A stretch of DNA of 64,000 nucleotides from the human T2T-CHM13v2.0 reference genome, Homo sapiens: NCBI RefSeq assembly GCF_009914755.1, contig NC_060932.1; one strand, written 5' to 3'. The translations under genes and the position numbers were made by a program. Below are positions 28,503 to 46,615 of this stretch, piece after piece (position 1 is the first letter of the stretch; every line of letters starts with the position of its first letter). The notes under the pieces are model-generated. The model made no database searches and was not told the DNA's origin. It was given only the letters and a program-made list of their open reading frames with translations.

Positions 28503-30807
28503 AACTGGCAAGAGATGGTATCTCATTGTGGTTTTGACTTGCATTTCTCTAATGACCAGTGATGATGAGCTTTTTTTCATATGTTTTTTGGCTGCATAAA
28601 TGTCTTCTTTTGAGAAGTGTCTTTTCATATCCTTTGTCCACTTTTTGATGGGATTACATTTTTTCTTGTAAATTTGTTTAAGTTCTTTGTAGATTCTGGA
28701 TATTAGCCCTTTGTCAGATGGATAGATTGCAAAACTTTTCTCCCATTCTGTAGGTTACCTGTTCACTCTGATGATAGTTTCTTTTGCTGTGCAGAAGCTC
28801 TTTAGTTTAATAAGATCCCATTTGTCAATTTTGGCTTTTGTTGCCATTGCTTTTGGTGTTTTAGACATGAAGTCTTTGCCCATGCCTATGTCCTGAATGG
28901 CATTGTCCAGGTTTTCTTCTAGGATTTTTACGGTTTTAGGTCTTACGTTTAAGTCTTTAATCCACCTTGGGTTAATTTTTGTATAAGGTGTAAGGAAGGG
29001 GTCCAGTTTCATTTTTCTGCATATGGCCAGCCAGTTTTCCCAACACCATTTATTAGATAGGGAATCCTTTCCCCATTGCTAGTTTGTGTCAGGTTTGTCA
29101 AAGATCAGATGGTTGTAGATGTGTGGTGTTATTTCTGAGGCCTCTGTTCTGTTCCATTGGTCTATATATCTGTTTTTGTACGAGTATCATGCTGTTTTTG
29201 TTACTGTAGCCTTATAGTATAGTTTCAAGTCAGGTAGCATGATGCCTCCAGCATTGTTATTTTTGCTTAGGGTTGTCTTGGCTATGCAGGCTCTTTTTTG
29301 GTTCCATATGAAGTTTAAAGTAGTTTTTCCCAATTCTGTGAAGAAAGTCATTGGTAGCTTGATGGGGATAGCATTGAATCTATAAATTACTTTGGGCTGT
29401 ATGGCCATTTTCACGATATTGATTCTTCCTATCCATGAGCATGGAATGTTTTTCTATTTATTTGTGTCCTATCTTACTTCCTTGAGCAGTGGTCTGTAGT
29501 TCTCCTTGAAGAGGTCCTTCACATCTCTTGTAAGTTGTATTCCTAGGTATTTTATTCTCTTAGTAGCAATTACGAATGGGAGTTCACTCATGATTTGGCT
29601 CTCTGTTTCTCTGTTACTGGTGTGTAGAAATGCTTGTGATTTTTGCACATTGATTTTTGTATCCTGAGACCTTGCTCAAGTTGCTTATCAGCTTAAGGAG
29701 ATTTTGGGCTGAGATGGTGGCATTTTCTAAATATACAATCATGTCATCTGCAAACAGAGACAATTTGACTTCCTCTTTTTCTATTTGAATACTCTTTATT
29801 TATTTATCTTGCCTGATAGCCTGATGGCCAGAAACTCCAATACTATGTTGAATAGGAGTAGTGAGAGAGGGCATCCTTGTCTTGTGATCATTAAAAAGTC
29901 AGGAAACAACAAATGCTGGAGAGGATGTGGAGAAATAGGAACGCTTTTACACTGTTGGTGGGAGTGTAAATTAGTTCAGTCATTGTGGAAGACAGTGTGG
30001 TGATTCCTCAAGGATCTAGAACTAGAAATACTATTTGACCAAGCAATCCCATTACTGGGTATATACCCAAAGGATTATAAATCATTCTACTATAAAGACA
30101 CATGCACATGTATGTTTATTGCAGCACTATTCACAATAGCAAAGACTTGGAACCAACCCAAATGCCCATCAATGATAGATTGGATTAAGAAAATGTGGCA
30201 CATATACACCATGGAATACTATGCAGCCATAAAAAAGGATGAGTTCATGTCCTTTGCAGGGACATGGATGAAGCTGGAAACCATCATTCTTAGCAAACTA
30301 ACACAAGAACAGAAAACCAAACACTGCATGTTCTCACTCATAAGTGGGAGTTGAGCAATGAGAACACATGGACACAGGGAAGGCAACATCACACACTGGC
30401 CCCTGTCACAGGGTGGGGGGCTAGGGGAGGGATAGCATTTAGAGAAATACCTAATGTAGGTGAAGAGTTGATGGGTGCAGCAAACCACCATGGCACGTGT
30501 ATACCTATGTAACAAAACTGCACGTTCCACACATTTACCCCAGAGCTTAACATATAATTAAAAAAAAGAAAAGAAATCTTGTGAAAGGCAAAATGATGGT
30601 GGCAATCTCATTGTGCTTTAACCTGAAGTATATAAATTACTCTGATAAATTAAACACAGAGAAATTTCCTTATAAAGCCATAAAACATTAGCATTTTCCC
30701 AGAAATCAGATATTGAGTTTTTGCTCTCCAACTCCCAAATCAAAATGTTGCAGTAAAATGTTTGTTTTAATACATTTTTTTCTTTGCTGTAAAATAAATA
30801 AATAAAT
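28503..30807. mobile_element. L1PA7-like insertion: inverted ORF2 segment (28503-29886, -), sense 3' end (29887-30576, +), 3'-transduced DNA and a second A-tail
   Basis: ORF2 peptides on both strands in the ORF track; 14-bp TSD aaatacaagtatct at 28489-28502 and 30808-30821. Confidence 0.92.
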
Positions 30808-31387
30808 AAATACAAGTATCTGTTTTAGTTAGGGATGCATGTGTGTGAACGCTGAGGCAGATAAACTGAGTGACAGAGACGGTGGGAATGTAAAAAAGTA
30901 ATGGGGACATTAAGATGGGCCTGGAAATAAGCTATGTTGATCACTACAATTTCTTCTAAATTGAAAACAAAATGGAATGGTGGAGCCCAGCCCTTCAACA
31001 TTAGGGGCCTCCCTGTGCTCAGCCCTGACTAACCTCTAGAGAAGCTGTGAAGAGACCCTGAGTTTTGAAATAGAATCTGTCCTCTGCTTAAGAGTCCTGC
31101 TTTGCTGCTGACCTAGGGGAACGCTGGATGTTTGGGTCCCTTCGGGGGTTGAGTGCCTGAGGCACCAGCTTCCCAAGACTTCTCATGGAGTACTGAATTC
31201 TAGGAGACTCTGGGCTCCCCTGAAGCTTGTACGTGGATTGGGGACAATGTTTTCTAGCCTCTCCAAGGGCTGAGTTCCTGCCTCACTCTATTCGTAAGCC
31301 CTACGTAGCCCCTAGTCGTTTGTAAAACATGTTCACATATGTTTTCATTTTGTCCTCTCAATAATCCTGTGAGATAAGCAGGAATTC

Positions 31388-31690
31388 CTTTATTTTATTT
31401 TATTTTATTTATTTATTTAGAGACAGAGTCTCACTCTGTCACCTAGGCTGGAGTGCATGGCACAATCACAGCTCTCTGCAGCCTCGGACTCCTGGGCTCA
31501 AGTGATCCTCCTGCCTCAGCCTCCTGAGTAGCTGGCCACACCCAGCTCATTAAAAATTTTTTTTTGTTATTGAGACAGGGGCTTGCTATGTTCCCTAGGC
31601 TGGTCTCAAACCCCTGGGCTCAAGTGATCCTCCCATCTCAGCCTCCCAAAGTGTGGGGATTAAAGGCATAAAACACCACATCTGTCTCTG
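31388..31690 (-). mobile_element. AluJ within a MIR (~31320-31780)
   Basis: Antisense Alu; flanking tcctctcaataatcctgtgag and aaactgagg MIR motifs. Confidence 0.82.
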
Positions 31691-32604
31691 GTTTTTAGAT
31701 AAACAAACTGAGGGTCATAGTGGTAGAAAAACAGAAACACTGGGACTGGAATCTAGAGTGTGAGAATCCAGAGATTGCCTTCCACAGCAGGGCTGTAGAG
31801 AGCACATCCAAGGAAACAAATCCATCTCAGTGGATAACACTCATTAGCCTAGGATGGTTCACTGAGCACCGATGGTGTGCCCTGTGTGGTTGTCCCTAAT
31901 GGCTGAGAGGATAGTCCCAAGCCACTGAGGACACTTCCTAAATCAGTAGATCATTCCAGAGCCTTCAGTTTCTTTTAGTTGAATTGATAAATCCTCCTGG
32001 CCCCTACTTAGAGAATCAAAGAGGTTATTTATTCAGATGATGAGGTCTGTGCAATAACTAAGTACCAGATATTTGTGTTCCTTTGGGCATTTCAGAGGCA
32101 GTACTAATTAAAACAATTTTCCCAGAAGCAGGCTGACGTCAATCACAGAAGCTATACACAGAGATGACCTGGCCTGATAATGGCCTTTATGAAATGAAGC
32201 TGTTAAATGAAAGAGTCACGTTAAACTCAGCTGCATTTTGAATACAGAGACAGCAAAAAATTTAAGTTTACTAGATGAGAAAAAAAAAAAAACAAGAGGA
32301 GCGGGAAATACCTATTTTAACTTCTAAGAGGATACAGCAAAGTGTCCAGATAGGACACTTGATAATGACTTTTAAAATGATTTTTTTTAAAAAAGGATGT
32401 CTTAGCAGTTTCTTTGGAATTCCACTTTGAACTTATGTTTATTTTAATTTATGGATGTGGTGAACTAGTCAAATTCAACAAACATGGATATCTTTAGCTT
32501 CCACATGCTCTTCTGAGTAAACAGTAGCTGTGTTGACAGCAGGACACAGTCGTTAGAATATTGTATGGTCACCCTGACACTGCCACATTTAAAATCTGGA
32601 GGTG

Positions 32605-32895
32605 TAGGGCATAGTGGCTCATGCCTGTAATCTCAGCACTTTGAGAGGCTCAGGCAGTAGGGTCACTTGAGGCCAAAATTTCAAGACCAGCCTGGGCAAC
32701 ATAGCAAGACCCTGTCTCTACAAAATAATAAAAAATGAGCCAGGCATGGTGGCATGCACCTGTATCCCCAGCTACTCAGGAGGCTGAGACGGGAGGATCG
32801 CTCAAGCCCAGGAGGTTGAGGTTAGACTGATCCATGATCATGCCACTGCACTCCAGCTTGGGTGTCAGATTGAGACACTGCCACTTAAAAAAAAT
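32605..32895 (+). mobile_element. AluJ
   Basis: Alu dimer. Confidence 0.88.
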
Positions 32896-33034
32896 AGAAA
32901 TACACATTGAAATATTTACCAATCAAATGGTATGATGATGATTTGCTTCAAAATAATACAAGTGGGGTAGGCAGGTGGGCAGATGGGAGTGGAAGGTGTT
33001 GATCATAGGCAAATAAAACCTAGGTCACCAACTT

Positions 33035-33375
33035 TCTCTTTTCTTTTCTTTTCCTTTTTTTTTTTTTTTTAAATAGAAACAGGGTCTTGCCATGTTGTCC
33101 AAGCTGATCTCAGGCTCAAGCTCCTGTCTTGGCCTCCCAGAGTTCTAGGATTACAGGTGTGAGCCACAACTTTTTTTTTTTATAAAGGGCCAGATAGTAG
33201 CTGTGGGCTGGGGTCTCAAACTGTGTTGCCCACTACTCAACTCTGCCATTGTAATGTGAAAGTAGTCACAGACAAAATATAAAGAAATGAGTGTGACTGT
33301 GTTCCAATAAAACTTTATTTACAAAAGCATTCAGTGGGCTGGATTTGGCTTTTGGGCCATAATTAAATCCCCTCT
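33035..33375. mobile_element. Alu monomer (-) followed by MER58A
   Basis: aaagggccagatagta...tgtgttccaataaaactttatttacaaaa (MER58A). Confidence 0.75.
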
Positions 33376-33616
33376 GGTAAAATAATCACTATTTTAGCTG
33401 GATCATGAGTACGTGGGAGTACATGAGTACTATAAACTTCTGTCCACTTTTGCATATACAAGAAGTTTGATACTTTCCATTTAAAACAATAGAATGTTTT
33501 GAGCATTATTTGCAAGCCTCAGACCAATCCTCAGCCTTCTTGGCATTCTTACAAGTGAGTATTCTTGCTATATCCAACTTGGGTCATATAGCTTTCATTT
33601 CCTCTTTTGTATATAG

Positions 33617-34082
<466 letters not shown>

Positions 34083-34934
34083 ATATATAGGCTTTTCAAC
34101 CAAACTCACTCCCTGAGCAACCACATTAATTTTGTTTTGGTGTTCCTGTTTTCTTCCATGTTGAGATTATCCAGAATTATATTTTAATTTTCATTTTTTC
34201 CTTTCATTATATTTTCACTTTTAGGTCTTCTCATTCCTCTTAAGCCATTCCATTTTAAGTGGAATCAGACCATATCTAGCTTTTCTCTAAATAATTTAAG
34301 AAACACAAATATTCTGTTTTCTTTTAGTCTCAGGTGCCCATTCTACAAATGTTTACTGAGGCTACTATATGCCAGACTTTGTGGTAGTTTCTGTGGAAGT
34401 AAGTATGAACGTAGCTCAGTTCCAAACTCTAGAGAGCTCCCAGAGTCCTACAGAGCCCCTGTTTCTCACCTGAACAACAAACACTGTCCTCCAAGCTTCC
34501 TGTATCTTTAATATCATCAGCTATTCCCATTATTGGTAGCATTAAGCTCAGTGGATCAATTACCTGTGCTATCCCCCTCTGCCTTCTAGAGAGAGAGATT
34601 GACTCAAGACAAGTAAAGATGGGTGCACCCCCAGGAGAGAGTTCTAGGGTGCCCGAAGCCTAACCTAGAGTTTTGTAAGCTTCAATTATTTGCACATCCC
34701 TATACTATTATGTACTTAATATTTTTCTTTAGATTGACTCATTTAAAAAAATATACAGCCATCAAAATTTTGGGACACTAACTTGGGATTTCCCAAAGTT
34801 TCTATCTCCACCATTCACCTGAGAGGAAGAGCTTTCTATGCATGCACACTATGCTCAAGGGTGATCAACTTGTTGAAGTGATTTAAACCACACAGCAGGC
34901 AAATAGTCTTCAAAGCCATGTCTTTTGATTTATC

Positions 34935-34965
<31 letters not shown>

Positions 34966-35075
34966 GGGGCCTCACTATATTGCCCAGCCTGGTCTCAAAC
35001 TCCTGGACTCAAGTGACCCTCCCATCTCGGCCTCCCGAAGTGCTGGATTACAGGCATGAGCCACCGACCCAACCT
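34935..35075 (-). mobile_element. FLAM
   Basis: Monomer; TSD tgatttatctttt. Confidence 0.85.
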
Positions 35076-35315
35076 GATTTATCTTTTTGAGGAAAGAGAA
35101 AATTTTTCTTTTCTTTTTAAGGAAAGGGAAGCGTCTATCAGAAAGCAGGATTATAAAAACAGGATAAGCAATATGTCCAAAATATACATGATTCTCTGCT
35201 CAAAGGGAAATAAAATTAGATGAGAGGAGAAGGAGCAGGGAAGAGGTAGCTGGAGCTTGATGCTTCATCAGTGGCAGAGAGGGGGTTCAGGCCAATTCTC
35301 GCAAGTGCTGCAGAG

Positions 35316-35455
35316 CAGTGCTTCTTAAACATTAACGTCATGCAGATTCTGACTCAGCAGGTCTGGGGTGAGGCCTGAGAGTCTAAATTTCTATCAAGTT
35401 CCAAAGTGATACTGATGTTGCTGATCCACAGACCACATTTTGAATAGCAAGGCTA
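35316..35455. mobile_element. MER5 (hAT-Charlie)
   Basis: cagtgcttcttaaac...gattctgactcagcaggtctggggtgaggcctgaga...gaccacattttgaatagcaagg. Confidence 0.75.
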
Positions 35456-36035
35456 TAGAACAGCCTAAAAGTTCCCATGTTCTCCCCCAGGCAGATGGGT
35501 TCTGAGATTGAGCTGTGGACCTTACAAAGCCAGAAGGCAGGTGAGAAGGGAAAAAAATAGACTTCAGGAGCCAATGCTCAGGCATAGTATGAAGGACTCA
35601 GGAAACTGCACCCTGTGAAGGAACAGAGGAGACCTGGCACCCTGTTTTTCCCTGACAACAGAGTAAGAATCAGTCAGTCCAGAGAGAAGAGAAGGAGGAG
35701 GGGGCATAATTCTAACAAGGATTCTGATCTGACCCCAGAAAAGATCCAATTTTAAATCAGGATTGACTGAATTTAGTCATACTTTCTGTTGCTGAAGAAG
35801 AAATAGGGCACAAGAACTAACCTGAGTTCAGTTATAGAGAAATAAAATTACAACTTTTGCACATGGGAGCACATTGTATAAAGTTCATACCTACTAACAT
35901 TTTTGTTTGAAAGATTTATTATATATAAATGACATACACCAAATTATACATTTTAAAATAATTTTTAAAATAAATTTTGTATAAAATTTATATCGTAGCG
36001 GAACTTATGTCAGGATCACTTGAAAACCAAATAAT

Positions 36036-36727
<692 letters not shown>

Positions 36728-37292
36728 CTAGTCTGGTCTAGTCAGATTGATTGAAAGAGTACCAAAAAGGCATTAACTTTTTCATTATATCATTCAACAT
36801 GTTCAATTTGGAAAATTGCAAATATGTGCCAAGTTGACACACTGGTATGATGAAAGGCCCCATCACTCAGCAGCAGCAACAGTCAAACCATGAAGCATCT
36901 TGTTTTCATCCCAATCCCCCAGCCCCTCCCCTCACTGATCACTTTGAAGCAAATCTCAGATATTACATAATTTCATTGGTAAATATTTCGTTATATATTC
37001 TAAAAGATATTGTCTAGTATATCATTATCATACCTGAAACAATGATATCTCTTGGTGTCATCAAATATCCAATGTTCAAATTTCCAAGTGTCTTTTTTTT
37101 AACTGCTTGAATCAGGATCCAAATAAGGGCCATGCATTGTAATTGGTTGATATGTCTTCTAATTTACTGGTTTTCCCTCTATCTCTTTTTTTCCTCTTGC
37201 AATTTTTGTGATTTAAAAAAATGCAGTGCCCATGTACCACTTAAAATCATATTGCAGTGAAAGGTGTCCCACACCCCAGAGAACACTGACTA

Positions 37293-37715
37293 TCCATAGT
37301 AACACATTGTGTTATATATAACATATGTATGTGTTGTATATAACACATATATATGTTGAAGACCAGCCTGGGCAACATAGTGAGACCCTATCTCTACAAA
37401 AATAAAAAGAAAATTAGCCACACATATATATGTGTTATATATAACTTGCATATTATATATTCATTTATTATATATACATATATATTATATGTATGTGTGA
37501 TACGTAACACATGCATATAATCTATAATATATGTATTATATGTACATACATATAATATATATGCATTATATATACATAACACATACACATAATATATGTA
37601 TTATACATATAACACATATATATAGTGATATATATATATATATATATATAGTGTTATATATAACACATAGTAGCACATTGTGTTATGTATAACACAATCT
37701 GTCCATAGTAACACA
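37293..37715. repeat. TA-rich low-complexity tract with embedded Alu fragment
   Basis: (TA)n/(TATG)n units; Alu piece 37355-37420; flanking 14-bp direct repeat. Confidence 0.85.
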
Positions 37716-38498
37716 CTGAAGTTCCTGGCACTCATAAGTATTTGTTGAAGGAAAGAAAGGGAAAGGAAGAAGGGAGGGAGGGTTGGGAAGAAGCAAGAGC
37801 AAGAATGAATAATCCCCCACCCACCCAAGGCTGAAGGCGGGCACACCAGTGACTCCTAGGTCACTCTTCCTGCACAACTGTCCATTTTCTTTCCAGAATA
37901 AGTTTGTCAATGCTATCTCATTGCCTGTAGGGTCAAGTCCTGAGTCCCCAGAGGCTGGCCTGGAGCCGGGAGCCTATGTCCTCAGGGGCCGTCCTGAGGC
38001 TTGGGCCTGTGGAGGCAGAATTAGCCTATAAAATATATGTAAAATACATAAAATATATATAACATAGCCCAAGGTTCTGCTGGGACATGCCTAAACTCTG
38101 GGTTCAAGGGTTCTTTTCTTAAGTTTTCTTAAAAATTGTGGTAAAATATATATAACATAAAATTTACCATCTTTCCTATTTTCAAGTGTACAGTTCAATA
38201 AAGTATATTTGCATGGATGTACAATCAATCTCCAGACTTTTTTATCTTGCAAAACAGAAAGTCTATACCCATTAAACAACTCCCCAGTCCCCCTTCTCCA
38301 TGACCCTGGGAACTACCATTCTACTTTCTGTCTCTATGAATCGACTACTTTAGTTTCCTCATACAGGTAGAATCATACCATATCTGTCTCTTTGTGATGG
38401 GCTTATTTCACTTAGCATAATGTCCTCAAGGTCAACCATGCTGTAGCATGTGTCAGAATTTCCTTCTATTTTAAGGCTGAATAATAATCCATTGCATG

Positions 38499-38829
38499 TG
38501 TCTTAGTCCATATTGTGTTGTTACTACACATCAGCTCATCTGCTGGTGCTGCCTCACAACATGGTGGAAGGTCAGAGGGGAAACAGAAACACGTGAGAGG
38601 CAAAACCTGAGGTGCATCCTGGCTTTATGACAACCCATTCTTGTAGGAACTAATCCATTCCCTCAAGAACAAGAACCCATTACTGTGAGAATGCATCAAG
38701 CCATCTGTGAGGGATTCATCCCCATCACCCAGACTCCTCCCACTAGGCCCCACCTCCCAACACAGCCACATTGGGGATTGACTTTCAACATGAGTTTTGG
38801 TGGGGACAAACCATACCCAAATGACAGCA
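38499..38829 (-). mobile_element. MST-type MaLR solo LTR
   Basis: tgtcttagtcc...cagca; TSD gcatg/gtatg. Confidence 0.8.
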
Positions 38830-39000
38830 GTATGTATATACCACATTTTGCATATCCATTTATTTGTCAATAAATATGTCCAAAAGGAGGCTGCATCCAC
38901 CTTTTGGCTATTGTGAATAGCACTGCTGTAAATATGCATGTGCAAATAACTGTTTGAGTTCCTGCTTTGAGTTTCTTCACAGATATGCCCAGAAAGGGGG

Positions 39001-39351
39001 TGATATGGTTTGGCTGTGTCCCCACCCAAATCTCATCTTGAATTGTAGCTCCCATAATTCCCTTGGGTTGTGGGAGGGACCCAGTGAGAGATAATTGAAT
39101 CAGGGGGATGGTTTCCCCCATACTGTTCTCGTGGTAGTGAATAAATCTCACAAGATTTGATGGTTTTATAAGGGGTTTCCGCTTTCTCTTATTCCTCATT
39201 CTCTCTTGCCACTGCCATGTAAGAAGTGCCTTTTGCCTTCTGCCATGATTGTGAGGCCTCCCCAGCCACGTGGAACTGTGAGTCCATTAAACCTATTTTT
39301 CCTTCCAGTCTTGGGTATGTATTTATCGCAGCATGAAAACAGGCTAATACA
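39001..39351 (+). mobile_element. THE1 solo LTR
   Basis: tgatatggtttggctgtgtccccacccaaatctcatc...ctaataca; 5-bp TSD ggggg. Confidence 0.93.
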
Positions 39352-40429
39352 GGGGGATTGCTGGATCATAAAATAATTCTATGTTTAATCTTCTGAGGAA
39401 CCAGCATACTGTTTTCTGCATATAATCTTTACATTTAAATCAATGTTGATGATATTTATAGTTTATGTATAACCATAACTCTTCTGCATTTTGCTAATAG
39501 CTTAATTTGGTTTGATTTGATTTTCCAATAAAACTTTTGCATTCCTAAATAGTTTGATTTTAAAAGCTGAAAATTAACAAAGCTGTCTTATCGTGATTTA
39601 TTTAAATATGGTCCAATTTAGACCCAAATTAAGTATTGTAAAATTTCTTTCCTTGTATATGTGGTTCTCCTAGTTCTTCTGAGTTCCTCCTTTTTATAGG
39701 CATGAATTTGGTATATGGTTAGTCTACCATATCCTCAATTTTTTTTTCATATTCACCAACATATCTATTGTATTGAATCACCCTTATCCTTTATTCTTCC
39801 AAATCTTTCTTCTGGAGTTCTCCCTCCTGGGTTCTCTCCAGGCCTGTTTCCATGGCTGCACCTCAGGTATTGGTCTGCATTCACCTGTGCTGGATTCACT
39901 TTCTAAGGAACTACAGCACATGGAAGGTAAACATCTGAGTACTTATATGTTTGAAAATATCTGTATTCTGACTACACACATGTTTAAGAGATCTAGAGAG
40001 TTCTACAGTGAAATGTCTTTCCCTCAGAAGTTGGAAGGCATTTCTTCACAGGCTTCTTATGTCTCTTGCTGATGGGAAGGCTGCTGCTAGCCTCAGAATT
40101 TATTCCTTTATTGACTACCTGCTTATTTTTCTATATATTTCATTTGCATTCTTGGTATTCTAAAATTTCAGAATGATGAATCTGAGAATGGATCTTTATT
40201 TACTCTGATGGATACCTAGTGAGTCCTTTCAATTTGATGTCTCACTTCCTTCATTATCTTGTATTATTTCCTTAATCATTTCCCTCCACAACCACCTCTG
40301 TTCTTTCCTAGAAATCCTAATAATTATAGATTGGACATCCTCGATACATCCTCTTGGTCTTTTCCCCATCCTTTTTTGTTCTACTTTGTGAGGAGTATAT
40401 TCTAACTCTTCTAATGGATCTTTTATTAT

Positions 40430-40755
<326 letters not shown>

Positions 40756-42093
40756 TGAGTCTTTCCCCATAGCATCGTGTTTTTGTTTTCTGGTATATCT
40801 TTATAGATCTATATTTATATAGATATCTGAGGACACTAATTATACATTTTATAAAATTATTTTTTCCTTGAATCAACTATGTTTCCTAGGGAGTAGTTTT
40901 TGTTTGCATATATCTGGGTCTTTTTCCTTAATACTCCACACTTTTGTCTATCATGCCCACCTACATTTAAGAATAAGGCAATATAAAAACTCATTATCAG
41001 TTATATGTCATGGTAGGGCTTGCCACCTGACAGGAGTCACTTCAGATGAGCAGATAGGGAGCAGCCATTAGTCTTTGGATCTTCAAAAACAGAATGAGGA
41101 GAGCTGTGCACTGAACAGGGCACTAACTCACACGCTCACTGTCCAGTCTCTCACCAGACACTTTTTTGATTTATTTTGTAAATCAATAGATCAATCAATC
41201 TCTCCTTCTCTCTCTCATTCTGTCTCTCTCTCTGTCTATACTTAGGAAGAGTGAGGCATTCTCTGCTGAGATATGTTTGAGTTGAATGTTCTGCCTACAG
41301 ACTTTCCAGTAACTCCTCTGTTTTCAGCCCCATGTTTTGCTATCTCTGCAGGACCTGGAATTTCTGAATTCTAAGCCTCCCCAGGCTTCTGAGGGGCAGC
41401 TGTACAGTTTCCTCAGCAATAGTATCCATCATACCTTCTTTAAATGAGGTTTCCTCCTCCCTGCTTCCCCCATACTTACTCCATTATTCACTTTCAGTCT
41501 CCAGAAATTTGTTGAAATCCTTTTACTTTTTATTTTTACTTTTTAAAATATATTTTTTCCCACCCAACCCCTGTAGATGTTGAAATCTCTTAATCAACTG
41601 ATGTCTTCTATTTATTTTTGTGGATTTATAACTTTAGACTTTACAGTCGTTTTTTGGAGTTAGGAGGGAGAGGAGCTAAACACATGTGCTTAATCCACCA
41701 TATTGAATTACAGTCTGAAAGTGTCATTTAGAAATCTTGCCGTTTCTAGCACTCTTCTTCCTTCCTGCAGATGCAGGCTGCCATCTGGGATCATTTCTCT
41801 TAAACCCCGGGAACTTCCTTAGTATTTTCTGCAGTTCAGGTCTATTGCCAACAGATTCTCTCAGCTTTTGTTTGTCTGAAAAATGTCTATATTTGGCCTT
41901 CATTTTTCTGGTTTTTAAACTTTGTACTTTGAACTAATTTTAAGCTTACAGAAAAACTGCAATAGCACCAACAACTCTCAAGTACTCTTTTCAGCTGGTA
42001 ACATTTAATTGTTAACATTTGGCCACATTTGCTTAATCAATCTCTCTGTCTATGTATATGTAAATATACTTAGACCACTACACACACCACATC

Positions 42094-42856
<763 letters not shown>

Positions 42857-43007
42857 AGACCCACAGATAATTTTTAAATTGTTTAAAAATAAGTTGTAGA
42901 TATAATGAGCCCGATTCAGGGAATGCATACTGATACAATATTATCATCTAATCCACAGGTTCCACTCAAATTTCACTTTGTCTTGATAATGTTCTTCATC
43001 CCCTTCC

Positions 43008-43720
43008 CCAGCTTTATTAAGGTGTAATTGAAAAATAAAAATTGTACATATTTACATTGTACAACATGTTTCAACATATCTTTTGTGAAATAATTAAATC
43101 AAGCTAATTAGCTCACATACTTTTTTTGTGGTGAGAACATTTAATATCTACGCTTAGCAGTTTTCAAGTACAATACATTATTATTAACTATAATCACCAT
43201 GCTGTACAATAGATTTCCAGAACTTATTCCTCTTGTCTAATTCAAACTTTGTGCCCTTTGACCTACATCTTCCCATTCCACCCTTCCCCAGACCCTGGTA
43301 ACCACTATTCCACTCTTTGTCTACGAGTTCAACTTTTTCAGATTCCACATATAAGTGAGATTACATGATATTTGTCTTTCTTGTCTGACTCATTTTACTT
43401 AGTACAATGCCCTCTGGGTCAGTCCATGTTGCTGCAAATGACAATATTTCTTCTTTTTTAAGGCTGACTAGTACTCCATTGCATATATATGCCACATTTT
43501 CTTTATCCATTCATCTGTTGATGGACACAGGTTGATTCCATATCTCGGCTATTGTGAATATGCTGTAATGAACGTGGGGATGTAGATATCTCTCTTGGAC
43601 ATATTAATTTTATTTCCTTTGGATGTATACCCAGAGTAGGATTGCTGGATCATGTGGTAGTTCTATTTTTAGTTTTTTGAGGAAACTCCATTCTATTTTT
43701 CATAATGGCTGTACTACCCA
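43008..43720 (-). mobile_element. L1MA-type 3' end
   Basis: agctttattaaggtgtaattg...gattccacatataagtgag...ggattgctggatcatgtggtagttctatt. Confidence 0.82.
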
Positions 43721-44017
43721 AGAGTGATCTTTATAAGTCTAGCATCTAACCCGTGATGACACGTCACATTTAGTTATCATATCTCTTTAATTTCCTTCAA
43801 ACTGGATGAATTCCCTTTTTTTGTCTTTCATCACCTGATATTTTTCAGGAACACATGCCAATTACTTTGCAGAATATCATTTAGTTTGGATTTGTCTGAT
43901 ATATCCTCATCATTCAAGAGAGGTTATTCTTTTTTTGTGTAATTTTGTTTTGTTTTTGGCAGGAATACCACAGAAATGATTCTGTGTTCTTCTCAGTACA
44001 TCATATCAGCAGACATG

Positions 44018-44405
44018 TGTACTAGTCTGTTTTCACACAGCTATAAAGAAATACCTAAAACTGGTTATTTATAAAGGAAAGACGTCTAATTGACTCACAG
44101 TTCCACATGGCTGGGGAGGCCTCAGGAAACTTAACAATTGAAGGGGAAGCAAGGAGCTTCTTCACATGATGTCAGGAGAGAGAAGAGTGGAGAGTAAAGG
44201 GGAAAGAGCCCCTTATAAAACCATCAGATCTCGGGAGAGATCACTATCACTAGAACAGCATAGGGGAAACTGCCCCCACGATCCAATTACCTCCCTCCAG
44301 GTCTCTCCCTAGACACATGAGGATTATGGGGATTACAATTCAAGATGAGATTTGGGTGGGGACATAGCCAAACCATATCAGCGTATACACAGCCAAACCA
44401 TATCA
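44018..44405 (-). mobile_element. THE1D/MSTA-type solo LTR
   Basis: tgtactagtctgttttcac...gccaaaccatatca; TSD acatg/gcatg. Confidence 0.88.
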
Positions 44406-44469
44406 GCATGTAATATCAATTGTCCTCATTACAGGTGATGTTAACTTTTATTATTTGATTAAAATAATA

Positions 44470-46615
<2,146 letters not shown>

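Larger units (their letters stand above)
38115..39420 (-). mobile_element. L1MB 3' end interrupted by two MaLR LTRs
   Basis: aaatttaccatc...cttatttcacttagcataatgtcctcaagg...gctggatcata antisense L1 3' UTR. Confidence 0.82.

Noticed and set aside
28755-30354. Reverse-transcriptase-region ORFs suggesting an active LINE-1
   Set aside because: The element is 5'-truncated, inverted and contains stops; these are only ORF2 remnants.
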